A stretch of 40,954 nt of DNA. Origin: Conidiobolus incongruus B7586 (lineage: Eukaryota). A model generated the notes under the pieces. The model was not told the origin of the DNA and did no database searches. It was given only the letters and a program-made list of their open reading frames with translations. The position numbers and the translations under genes are program-made. Shown here one piece after another: positions 25,720 to 38,285 of the stretch (position 1 is its first letter; each line of letters starts with the position of its first letter). Location: assembly GCA_000697335.1 (NCBI GenBank), contig JNEM01013676.1, positions 1 through 40,954 on the forward strand, written 5' to 3'.

Positions 25720-26772
25720 AGACAAAACTAGAAGTCAAGGAAGTGAATCAGGAAACAAAATTGTGTTTGTTACATGTTGAAACCTGTTTGATTACTATGG
25801 TATCAAAATTACAATTTGATAGCATATATTCAAAAGACCAAGAGAGGAAGATGTAACCGATATCGAAGCTAGATACTTGAGCCGAATTAAATTAGAAACT
25901 CCTGAAGATATTGAGAAATGGATTACCGACAGAAGAAATAATTCTCCTGGAAAGATTGCTAACGTTAAGGTATTTCACTTAATACTAGTATTAGTTCAAT
26001 GTTTATCATACATTAATTGAATAAAGATGGTAAAAGTTCAAATAATCCTTTGGGATTAATTGGGAGTTATTCTTCTGATGAAAGTGAAGAGGAGGATGAA
26101 GCTAACGAAAATATTCATAGTAATACATTATCAGATCAAGAGCCATCAAGAGCCATCAACTCAAGAAAATGATAACACTACTAATATCAATGATTACATT
26201 TCTAATAATCATCAGGTCAATGAAAAGCATAATGTATTAATGGATTCTATGCAGTTATTGGATAATGATGCTCCAGAAGACGAAAATGATCACCAAGATC
26301 AAAATGATGATAATGATGATAATAACGATGAAGATGACGATGAAGCACCTGAATTCCAAACATCACAACAAGCTTTCCAATCCCAGCCCCAATCGACGGA
26401 TCAAATATCGATACCAACTGAATGTGCCTCAGAATTACCCCAGTATGTAAATATTTTTCAAGTGGCAAGAAATGCTTCAAAAGTCAAAAATGTCTCTATT
26501 TACATACCAAGGTATTATATATTACTCATCATTATAGCATAACCATTAACAAGATTGGAATAGATTAAAAAACGCAATCAACCAAATTCCAAACCAGCTC
26601 AATCTCAATACAAGCGAAAAGATTTAATCAATTTGGTAAGTTTCAGCTATTTATTAGAAATATATGAAAATCAACCCAATTCTATTAGTTACAAGCTCAA
26701 GATATTGAAAAAGATGCCGAAATTTTATTACAAAGTTTGAGATATTTATATAATAATGGTTATCTCTATTAG
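25720..26772 (+). pseudogene. NUFIP1: NUFIP1/Rsa1-like snoRNP assembly factor with CCCH finger, apparently disabled (5' end not defined)
   Basis: Recognisable blocks: LETPEDIEKWITDRRNN, LGLIGSYSSDESEEE, CKYFSSGKKCFKSQKCLYLH and ILLQSLRYLYNNGYL* (stop 26770-26772). Lesions: no in-frame acceptor near 26020, a 10-bp duplication ATCAAGAGCC (26135-26154) that shifts frame into TGA TAA, and another shift at CCCC 26438-26441. Confidence 0.75.
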
Positions 26773-26932
26773 ACTATCCAATACAAAAATGGACCACTGA
26801 GTAACTATATTTTGATCATAAATTAGAAACATACTAATTTAAGATTTTGCCATTCAATGTAAAATAATAAGCAAATATATATTTATTATGGATAATATTA
26901 TTAAACATTTTATTATAAATTACAGATTAATG

Positions 26933-27772
26933 TTATATACTTTTGGATAAATTAAGTTGATTTAAATAATCCATTAATACAGCTCCAGCTGATGCTACAT
27001 TTAAACTTTCCAATTTGGGGTCTATAGGAATACCCAGTCCATACTCTGAAGATACCTTTTCAGAGATGCCATGATGTTCTGAACCCATTACCAATGCAAC
27101 TTTGGTCAAATTAAAATCTTTTTTCAAAATATCACCAGTCTTTCTCTTAAACAATACAGGTTTACAATCTTTTATAGGAGGTGGTTTTTCAGCAACAACC
27201 AACTTAAATCCACAATCCCTAACCATCGCCATCAATTCATCATACTCCACAAATGACCAATTAAATTTCAAAACATGTGCCAAACTGCTTTCAATCACTC
27301 TAAAATTCAGCGGATCACAAGATCCCCTCACAATGAAGATATGATCCCAATGCATTAAAGTCGCCGTGGATATTAATAGTCCCATGTTCTTAGGATCGCT
27401 AATACGGTCTAATACTAGCCATTTCGTTTCGTGATTTTTGTTTTGATGGGTTATTTGTGAAGGAAGTTGTAAATGTGTCAATACAGAATGAAATTCCAAA
27501 GGTAGAGATTTTAATAAATTATCAGAATCCAAAAGTATGTCACATTTCAAATATTGGTTATTTAAGTTGAATTGATTTATATCGACATTATTAGGAACTA
27601 TTAATGATTTTAAAGGCAGCTGATTTTTATAATATTTTAAAGGTACTACCAATTCCCTAACCTCATATCTGTAATTCCTGTCAGTAATCAATTTTTTTAT
27701 TGTTGTTGCTAAGTTTTTAGATATTTTATTCATTTTTTGTGAATTTAATTTTTTTGTGATTGGGTTAATCAT
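26933..27772 (-). CDS. SpoU/TrmH-family RNA 2'-O-methyltransferase-like protein, intronless (true start may be ATG 27733)
   Basis: SPOUT motifs LVLDRISDPKNMG, VMGSEHHGIS and IP….ESLNVASAGAVL. Confidence 0.9.
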   Translation of the reverse strand: MINPITKKLNSQKMNKISKNLATTIKKLITDRNYRYEVRELVVPLKYYKNQLPLKSLIVPNNVDINQFNLNNQYLKCDILLDSDNLLKSLPLEFHSVLTHLQLPSQITHQNKNHETKWLVLDRISDPKNMGLLISTATLMHWDHIFIVRGSCDPLNFRVIESSLAHVLKFNWSFVEYDELMAMVRDCGFKLVVAEKPPPIKDCKPVLFKRKTGDILKKDFNLTKVALVMGSEHHGISEKVSSEYGLGIPIDPKLESLNVASAGAVLMDYLNQLNLSKSI

Positions 27773-27829
27773 TGTTGGGTTGCTGACTATTATTTATAAT
27801 ATTCTTTCCACACGATAAATAGCTGAAGC

Positions 27830-27838
27830 TTATGGGAT
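27830..27838 (-). promoter_or_regulatory. ATCCCATAA upstream element (SpoU gene)
   Basis: Perfect 9-mer in sense orientation, about 58 bp from ATG 27772 or about 97 bp from the second in-frame ATG at 27733. Confidence 0.72.
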
Positions 27839-28430
27839 TAGGATTATTTATGAGATTAGTCTAGAATTTGATTTAAATTATAAAATTATCAAATAATAGA
27901 ATATGGCAAAAAAGCTAACAAAGTAATAATATGATAAAATTTTCTGGTTATTTATCATCTGATATATTATCACTACTCTGATCTTTATTAATCAGTCAGA
28001 AATTAATAAATAATATAATTTTACTTGTTTATGAGTCGAAAATCACTAGACAAAGCAACTTAATAATAATAAGCTTATTGAAATCTCAATAATAAATTGT
28101 CAATCATATGATCTATTTAATATTATAAAAAATGGATAAATAAGCTTAAATTGAATATCATAAGTTTAAAATATATTGATGATAATGAATAGATTGGAAA
28201 TGGATCCTACAAATTCCCACAACATTAAATCAAAGAATGATCATTGAAAGTTACCAATCAATTAATGAAGTATAAATAGTCAAAATCCAATTCAACTCTT
28301 AAATATTTATAAAATTTAAATCAGATATAAGATTGTAAACTCATATATAATATAATATAATATAATATATATAAACATATATACAATAATAAAAGATATA
28401 TACCTAATATAAATATAAATAATATTTATA

Positions 28431-31400
28431 ATGATGGAAAATTTCATTCATCAATATATTATCGCTTTAGATAATGGCCTAATTGATAAAGTCTTAGAAA
28501 TTATTGATTTAAGTTTACAAGGTTTATTTTAATTTCCATTCAAATCTGTAATTTTACTAATATCAGTTTTTAGAACTTACTTCAGGGAAAGAAACCTTAC
28601 TGAGTGTAGTTCAAAAATTAGAACAGTTTCTGACTTCTGAAGACCCAAGTATGAGAGCCAAAGGTAAGTTTTTCAATTGGTAGATCTCAATAATTGACTC
28701 ATAATAACTTGGGGTTTTCAGGGCTTGGTTTCCTCACAGAGATTCTCTCCAAATATCCTACGGACGCTTTGACGAAACAAGAAGGTAGCTATCCTTGTAT
28801 GACAACATATCAAAAATATTAATGTCTATTAGTGACTCAATTTACTACCTTTCTAATTTCGCGTTTGAGTGATCAGTACAGTATTAAGGAAGTCTTACAG
28901 GGGATTGAGGGCTTGACAAGGTCGCCAAAGTTCTTGGGATACGAGTGCAATCAAGTATTGGGAGAATTGCTCTCCAAAGTGTCGGTGCAGTCCTTGAGTC
29001 AGCCTTTGAGGTTTACCATTTTGAAATTGGTGGGTCAATTGATTGATCAGCATTCTGAAGGTAGGCATCCATTATATGTAAAATAATGAAAATTTATTAA
29101 TGTGATGCTAGTGATTATCACGATGAAAACTCAATTCCTCAACGGATTTATTAGTAGCATCGATGGCGAGAAAGATCCCAGAAATTTGGAGCTAGTATTT
29201 CAATTGGTTTATAAAGTGGCTCAAATTTGTGATATTGAGCCGGTATCAGAGGTAACTAAATATTATATATTTTACTGTTAGCCCATTAATTTTATATAGG
29301 ATTTATTTGATACCGTGTTCTGCTACTTCCCAATTACTTTTAAATCACCTAAGGACGATCCTTTCGGTATTTCACCCGAGGATTTGAAAAATCGCTTAAA
29401 GTAATATTCAATTTACCAAAATAATCGCTTTGATTAAGCTTAATTTATAGACAATGTATTGGTGCATCTCCACTCTTTGCTCCATACGCAATCCCATCGC
29501 TATCTGAAAAATTAAGTTCTAATTCAGTAACTGCCAAGGTAAATCAATTAATACTAATACTTAAACTTATTATTAATAAATCAATTAATAGAAAGATACA
29601 TTGAACGTCCTTGTCGATGTTATTGACGTTTACAGACAAGAAGACTTCTTAAATCAATTTGACGAATTGATTGATAATATTAAAGAAGAGGTATTATCAC
29701 TATCTAACCAATATAAAATACGATATATTTATATTTAAATAGGTCTATCATCCCATGGATGACGAAATCCAACTAATTGCATTAAATGTTCTCAAAAAAT
29801 TCTTCGCCAAAATTCAGCCCCAAACCGGGTCGGATTCCTTCAACGACGTACTTTGGAAACAGATTAACAGTCTCGTTACTGAAGCAGTCTCAAAATATGA
29901 CGAACCTACCAACAATGAAAGTGCTATCAAACCCGCTGGAAAGTTACTCTCTCAATTGTGTGGCGCTAGCGTTTTGTGTAGTTGTTTGATTTTGGATAAA
30001 GCTTTAGTCAATTTACTTGACGCTTTCGATCAAGTGCATCACGTACAATTGAAGCGTGATATTCTCGATATTGTAGTCAATCTCTTAACGGAATGTCGAT
30101 TAATTTTCAAATCTGAGAGCTCTGGATCTGATTTTGGTAATTTCAAAATCATTTGTTGACTTTCTATAATATATTTAAATTTTTGATTTTATAGATCCTC
30201 TCCTTCCAAATGAATTAGTCACACAACAACCTCGACTCTCGGCTATCTTTGATCAGCATTTCAGCCAGAAGAACGAATTATTAGGTCTCAGGAAAATTTC
30301 AGCTAACGGTTTCGTCGAATTGATTTTAACTGAACAAATTATGGATACTACAGAAGTATTTTGATTTCCATAGGTATTTCATGTGTATACTAATTTTATT
30401 TTAGAGAAATTTTTGCCTCCATACTTTGACTAACGCATTGTTGAATGAGCAGGATCAAGATTTGAAGTAATTTAAATTCCATTACTAATTACATTTCCAA
30501 CTAACTTGACTTTTAGACAACATTTAATTATGATTTTCGAAAAATTAATCGATTCTGTTCCTAATTTAATCAGTGAGATTTGTTTCCCTTCAATTATCAA
30601 TCATAATAACAGTAACTTGGTTCAATTTATTTTAATTAATGAAATAATTAATCAATTTTTAGAACTTGTTAGCATTATCCTTGCAAACAATATCGATCCT
30701 GCTCAATCCAGCCAATTGAAGGAAGTTATTACGTTTGCCACTTCGTTTGGCTCTAATGTTATTACAGCTCATTGGATTTTGGAAAGTATTTTGAGTCTTA
30801 TTGTCAATACTTTGAAAGGTAATTTATGCTATATATACAATATACTTCATCAATTGTTAATATAATCAATCAGAATCATACACATATACATCCATCTCAA
30901 TCGTCACATCCTTAATCCAATCCATCCAATCCATCCTTGAAAACCTATCTACCAAAGCCCAAAATAACGACACTTTCCAACTCTTCAACTCCATCTTCCT
31001 CCAATTGTGGAGTATTTCTTATGAATTGTGCGCCTCACCATCTTTCCTCAACTACTATGGCCAAAACATCATTAGCATTCAAAACCTTTTTCAGTCTGCT
31101 TACAGAGCGTTTATTTTGATTATTCGCACCCTCGATATATCCCAGCAGCAGGTGCTTCTCAACTGCGTGCATCGCCTCTTCTTCGATAATGATACTGGGG
31201 CTTTGAGGGGACTGGATAAAAATTTAGATTTGAATCAGTTTGTAACGCCTTTCAACGTAATTATAACAATTGAATTAGTTTTTGAATTTGTATTAATTGG
31301 CTATTAGGGATCTAATCAATTTGAAAATTTAATTTATCTTTACGCTGCAACAATTTTAGCAACCAAAGCTAAAGTAATATTGAAATAGATAGTTATTGAC

Positions 31401-32730
31401 ATATCACTAAATGGATTCTTTTTAGATTGAATTACCTTTCGATCCCACCAAACAAGTCCGCATATTAATCGATTACACTTTACAAAACTTACAAAAACCA
31501 ATTATCGAACCTTTATTATTAATTGTGGGATCTTTAGTTAACAAATTTTTCAACGGTAATTCAAATTCCATAGAGTATTATATATAGAGATTTAATGACC
31601 TTGATAGACAACCAATGTAAAGAAATTGCCGAGAATTACGCTCTCACGGATTTGAAGTACACAGCTTTCGATTCTACCCAGAGGGATTTTAGGAGGATCG
31701 GAACTATGAAATTAATTTCATGGGTAATTAAAATCCCATTTAATTTTAAATTTTTATTAATGGTTTTTAGATTACTAAAGCTTTGGTTCTCAGAGGTCAC
31801 AAGTCCGGATTCGATCTTCTCAATACTCTCATGGTCTCGTTAGAAGATACTGTCATCGGACCTCAAGCTGCCCAAGGTCTCCATATTGTTCTGGATGATG
31901 ACAGTTGGGCCTTGTCCAAGAAGAATTTCCACAATGTTAAGGTATTTAATTAAATTATGATAAATTGATACAATAAATTAATAGATATTATAGTTTTTGT
32001 TTGGTCAAAGAGTGTTCACCTATTGTCTCACTCCCCTCATTCAAGGGTTTACTGATGGGAAGACAGAAGGTAAGTAATGGTCCCAGTTTTTCTACATTTA
32101 ACTAATTTCTTTTAAGCTATGAAACATCACCATCTCTTAGCAATTTCTGCACTACTCAAAAATGCTCCTAAATCAGCTTTAGTGTCCGAAGGCTCTAATG
32201 TAAATTTCATAATTCATATAACAATTTCATCTTATTAACTTTATGAATTTAGTTACTTCCACTAATTATTGCATCTTTATACAATTCAGATCCTCAATTA
32301 CAGCAATCTTCGTTAGATACACTACTAGTAATTATTGAAACTTCACCATCATTGGTTGCTGATAAGGATGAGAGTCTCATTGATCAATTGTTGACACTCA
32401 GTCAATTTAAGATGACTAAAAATATGGTAATTTATAATTAACACTATACTATACTAATAATACATTATTAATCTATTGAATTTAGCGAGTCAGAATGAGT
32501 GCACTTCGATGCCTGAACCAAATCAGTTTGTCCTTCAACAAGGAAAATTTAATCAAGCACCAAGATATCGTCCTCAAACGTCTCAAGCCATGCCTCGACG
32601 ATCCCAAGCGCTTGGTCAGAAAATTGGTGGTTGACAGTCGTAATAGATGGTAAATATTCTAGTTTATCACTTTTTGATTTTATTAATTGATAATTTTAGG
32701 TATATGAGTTTAGGCACGAAGGGAGTTTAG
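28431..32730 (+). CDS. MMS19: MMS19/Met18 HEAT-repeat cytosolic Fe-S assembly targeting factor, many exons
   Basis: Motifs IDGEKDPRNLELVF, DLFDTVFCYFPITFKSPKDDPFGISPEDLK, ASPLFAPYAIP and C-terminal LDDPKRLVRK…R.RW; stop TAG at 32728-32730. Not every intron phase was verified. Confidence 0.93.
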
Positions 32731-32816
32731 CTGCTATTTAATGTCAAATAATAGCTCTTTATTTAACCAAAATAAAACAATTTTCATTTTAATTTAAACA
32801 TTATAGAAGATTTATT

Positions 32817-33642
<826 letters not shown>

Positions 33643-33737
33643 TTTATTATTTTGAGTATTTTGATTAATTGTTTGAAATTTAAATTGTTAGGGACTTGAA
33701 TTTTGAAATATAAAGAGAAAAATAATAGGATTTGGAA

Positions 33738-33746
33738 TTATGGGAT
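33738..33746 (-). promoter_or_regulatory. ATCCCATAA upstream element (SIW14-like gene)
   Basis: Perfect 9-mer in sense orientation about 96 bp upstream of ATG 33642. Confidence 0.75.
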
Positions 33747-34942
33747 AATTCCATTTCCTTTATTAACTTGGATTGAATATTAATTTAATAAAAAAATTAG
33801 ATAACTATTAAAATAATTAATATTATATAATATACCCTTTGTTCAAAAGTTACCGCAGGTGTTTCTTATAATTTTATATAAAATAATATTAAATTATTTA
33901 AATTTCACATATTTGAATTTCAAATTTATTATGTTCAAAATAAAAAATAAGTTTATAAATATATATCTTACATTATTGTAGTTATCTTGATTAAATCAAA
34001 TATTATATAATGAACAATAATTTACACAATAGATATTATAATAGATCGAGAATACGATAGTTATAAAATAATCAATTTAAATAACCAAATTATTGTAAAG
34101 TGTTCAATGTTTTATTTAATGTCAGTTTTCATTCGAAAAAACTACATTGAAAAAAAACTAGCAGTATTTTTTGAACACATGGTATTTACTATATGTTTAA
34201 GTATTTTAATTATTTAGTATTATATTCATTTTTATTAAATTTGTTAATCAAAATATATTTGATTTCAAAATAACTGATTATATATATATATATATAATAA
34301 AATAGATATAAATATATTTAAAAATAACTATTGAATGGTATAAATTATGTTAATAATAGGATATGGACTTAGTCTGTTGATTTCATAATCATATATGAAT
34401 ATCATAGCTTCAATTGGTTAATATAAATCTTAAAAATTGATAATTTATAATATAAAATCAATTTTTATACTCTTAATAATTATATAAGAGAGATTTAAAT
34501 TTTATTAAACAATAAAAAAATTTTATTTTTAGGTAATTAATATTAAATCTTAAAATTGATTTTTATTAAAACATAAAAAATTTAACTGAAATAATATTTT
34601 AATTGATATGAATGATATTCATTAAATAATTAATACATATAATATTAATTAAATTTTAATTATCTTGTAATAATTTTATTTATTTTATTGTTTATAATTT
34701 TTTTTTTCAAATAAAAAATCTTCAAATTAGTAAAAATCATTTTAAAAAAATTGTATTAATTTTCAATACAACTCAATTATTTAAAATCAAATTAATTAAT
34801 ATATTGTTTAGACTGTTATATAAATATATTTTAATAATCGATAAAATAGTAAATAAATTAATTTTAATCTGTTTTTTGGCTATTAATTATTTTGAATATC
34901 GTAATTAAACTTTATATCATAGTTAGAGATAAATAAAGATAA

Positions 34943-35500
34943 TGTCAAGATTGTCGACTTGGCAGCCCGTCGGACCAATGCAGGTCGCGGAGAACACGTT
35001 ACCTAAACAAGTTGACAAGGTTAATCGGAAACTGTGTTCACCTTGGGAATTGAATTATATACTCAATGAGGATAATTGCATTGATGAGTCTATATGTCCC
35101 GATAAAAGAGCATAGGCCATCAAAATAAGAAAGAAGTTCAGATAGTAGAAAGAAAATCCGATGCTGAGCTCACCAACTATGGTTCTACCTTAAGACCAAT
35201 AAAAATATCATTGTTAAAAACTAATTTATCTTGAGTTAATTTATCGATTCTAATTGCATTATTTAGTCGAAATGAATTCAGGTCAGCTAATCACTGTCGA
35301 TCCACGTATAGTAGCATATTCACCCAATTTGCGTACCATGCTCGCTATTCAGGCAGTCACGCATGCGCCTCAGCTCGTCCGGCTTGCCTTGGACGTACCT
35401 ATGCATGCCTGGAATCAGTGATCTGACTACCATGATTCTGGCCAGGATTGTCGAGCATGTGAGCGTTAGATGAATATTTGAACTTTTATTAATATTTGCA
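34943..35500. other. GC/CpG-rich non-coding island; possible solo LTR or structured RNA
   Basis: Abrupt start at TGTCAAG (34943) and a candidate end …TTGCA (35500), with flanks gataa/gatta matching at 4 of 5 bases. No ORF of 60 codons or more; several hairpins. Confidence 0.35.
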
Positions 35501-36300
35501 GATTAACTATAAGATAAAATGATCGATGACTCTGATTTAATCATATTAAAACAATTTATAGATTACATTAACTAAACTTTATTGTACTATTAATTATATG
35601 TGATTTCAAAAACTTAGACTTGAAATCACTTGAATTTGCATTAGACAATTCTAATCATATTACTCTTATTAACTTTAAACAAATGAATATAAAGAAAGTA
35701 TTACAAATAATCCTGTACAATAAAAGGATAATCCTATAAAATATAAAAATTCAAATTTAAACGGCATATTTTTTTTATAAAATTCATAATATTAATTCGA
35801 CTAAATACTATTTAATTTATTATTTTTTTTTAAAAAAAATCTCCAATAAATTTTAAATTCAATTACATGTTATAAAAGACCAAATCTTTGATTGGATCCA
35901 GAAATTTGGGAATTTTTTTGGGGGGGAGGGATCATTAGACTTAATTTCAAAATAAATTATATTTCAAAAACAATCACACCTTCAAAATAAAGTCGTGTTT
36001 TTATAATAATCAATGATTGGGTACTGCTAACTTGTTTATTGAGGGGATGAAATTCAAATTACTCTAAATTCATTATAAAAAAGTAAACCATGTTACTTGA
36101 TTGGTGCTTGGATTTCCCATAAATTAGTATTCAGATGATTTTTTTAAATATGGTTGAATCATAGTTGAAAGAAGAGAAGGATCAGAGTGAGTTTGGATAA
36201 GTGTTTACTTAATTTGGATTAGATAATTACTATTTAAATCTTATTATCAACTGATATTATTTTATTTATTACTTTTAACTTTCTTATTCCAAATTTCGAA

Positions 36301-37536
36301 ATGAAGATTTTGTTCATTACAGATGCTTATGAACCTCAAGTCAACGGTGTAGTAACAACGATAAAAAACCTCAAAAGAGTTTTAGAAGACCTCGGTCACA
36401 CTATTGAAATTATGGAACCTTCTCAATTCTTAGGTATTCACGTTTTCGTCTACCCCGAAATCAAATGGTGTTTGGATTTATGGAGAGTAGGCAATATGAT
36501 CCGCAATTCTGAACCGGACTGTGTGCATATCTTCACAGAAGGGATGCTAGGGTTAGCAGCTAGGATTTATTGCGAATGGGCAGAACCCGAAATCCCCTTT
36601 ACAACGAGTTATCATACCCGATTCCCCGAATTTTTGGAAATGTACTTTTATATTCCTGCCAAGTATACATACAGGGGGTTGAGATGGTTTCATTCCAAGG
36701 CCCAGTCAACACTTGTGCCAACACCGAGTATGATGGATTATATGAAAGAAGTTGTTCCAGATGCGAATTGGAAATTGTGGACGAGAGGTGTCAATCCTAA
36801 ATTGTTTTATCCCGAAATGCGTCTAAAAGCTCCTGAGTTGGTACCTGAGTTGGTTAATCTACCTCGTCCTATTATTCTATGTGTGTCGAGAGTGTCTCTA
36901 GAAAAAGGATTAGATGATTTCTGTAAATTAAAAGTAAATGGTACCAAAGTTGTAGTGGGAGATGGACCTTCCAAGAAATCCCTTGAGGCAAAATATCCAG
37001 ATGTGATCTTCACAGGTGTGATGACTGGAAGTAAACTTGCAGCTGCCTACGCATTCGCAGATTGCTTCGTTTTTCCATCTAGAGTAGATACATTTGGCAA
37101 TGTTATGATTGAATCAATGGCATGCGGTACCCCAATTGCTGGCTACAAAGTAACAGGTCCCAAAGATGTCCTGATCGAAGGAGTCTCAGGTTATATGCTA
37201 CCCGGCGGCCTTGAAGAAAGTGTAGAAGCATGCCTCAAGCTCGATCGCGAACTCGTACATCAAGCAAGTCAAGACTGGACCATTGAAGCCTGTGTCAACA
37301 TCTTTCTCAAGAATCTATACCGCCTACCTCCCGACTTTTGGCTCACCATCCCCAACCACAACCTACAGCCCACAAGTCGAAGCTTATCCAAGCGCTTCTT
37401 CAAACGCCTTATTTACATTTTAGAAATTTTCTTCCTAGCGTTTTACACCCAGTACAACGGTAAAAATATCTTTATTTTAGGATTTATTTCACTATTTATC
37501 GTTTTGTTAAATATGTTGCTGTGGACTGCTTTTTAA
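36301..37536 (+). CDS. GT4 (GT-B retaining) glycosyltransferase of bacterial type with a C-terminal hydrophobic anchor; probable glycolipid synthase
   Basis: Intronless 411-aa ORF with TDAYEPQVNGVV, YPEI, TEG.LG, FTTSYHTRFPE, WTRGV, RVSLEKGL, VVGDGP and FVFPSRVDTFGNVMIESMACGTP. Two hydrophobic segments lie at the C-terminus. Confidence 0.93.
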   Translation: MKILFITDAYEPQVNGVVTTIKNLKRVLEDLGHTIEIMEPSQFLGIHVFVYPEIKWCLDLWRVGNMIRNSEPDCVHIFTEGMLGLAARIYCEWAEPEIPFTTSYHTRFPEFLEMYFYIPAKYTYRGLRWFHSKAQSTLVPTPSMMDYMKEVVPDANWKLWTRGVNPKLFYPEMRLKAPELVPELVNLPRPIILCVSRVSLEKGLDDFCKLKVNGTKVVVGDGPSKKSLEAKYPDVIFTGVMTGSKLAAAYAFADCFVFPSRVDTFGNVMIESMACGTPIAGYKVTGPKDVLIEGVSGYMLPGGLEESVEACLKLDRELVHQASQDWTIEACVNIFLKNLYRLPPDFWLTIPNHNLQPTSRSLSKRFFKRLIYILEIFFLAFYTQYNGKNIFILGFISLFIVLLNMLLWTAF

Positions 37537-38285
37537 ATAATTTTTTGAATTTTAAATTGTTTTATATATCATAATAGCTAGTAAATAAATTTTATAATGA
37601 TATAGTTTCTTAATATCAAAATAATCAATTAATTTTCAAATATTATTTATTCAAATTTTTTTCACCTATTATTTACAATGAGAATTGATGTTGAAAATTT
37701 AAGTAGTTGATTTTGTACTGAAAATTAGCTCAAATATTATAATTTACTCAAATTGATATTTAATTTAAAGAATGATTAATTTATATATATATATATAATT
37801 AATATTAATATGTAGTAATATTTTTATAAAACTTTAAATTTTAATTGATGAAAATAACAGTAAATTCAATGAATCATAAAATGGGATATTAAATGATTAT
37901 TTGATAGATTTAAAATACATGATATACCAAATATTTAAATTAAGTATATATTTAATTCTATATCCTATAGATATTTGTTTATATTTACAAATATAATTTG
38001 ATCATTTTTATTTCATAATTGGGATTGAATTCTAAAACATCAGAATTAATTTTTTATTAACATACAAAGATTTAGTAATCTTATATTTAATTATATTAAA
38101 TTATTTATATTTTTAAGAAAATTTTAAGATAAGTTATACCTCAAAATATTACTTTTAACTAATACACCTGATAAGTTTGAAACATATATTACTATTCTAT
38201 ATTTTTAATAATGGGAATTTTTTGTGATTTAAAATAAATAAATATTTTAATATATAATATATAAAAATAAATATATAATATAAAT

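Noticed and set aside
32731..32816. Very short convergent gap (86 bp) between MMS19 and the SIW14-like gene
   Set aside because: Similar tight convergent gaps occur elsewhere in the block, consistent with a compact genome.
34278..34296. (TA)n runs here and at about 21210, 28345 and 37782
   Set aside because: Expected microsatellites in very AT-rich DNA.
35081..35145. Hammerhead ribozyme (TTGATGAG)
   Set aside because: The core is not CUGANGA and there is no correctly placed GAAA or stem set.
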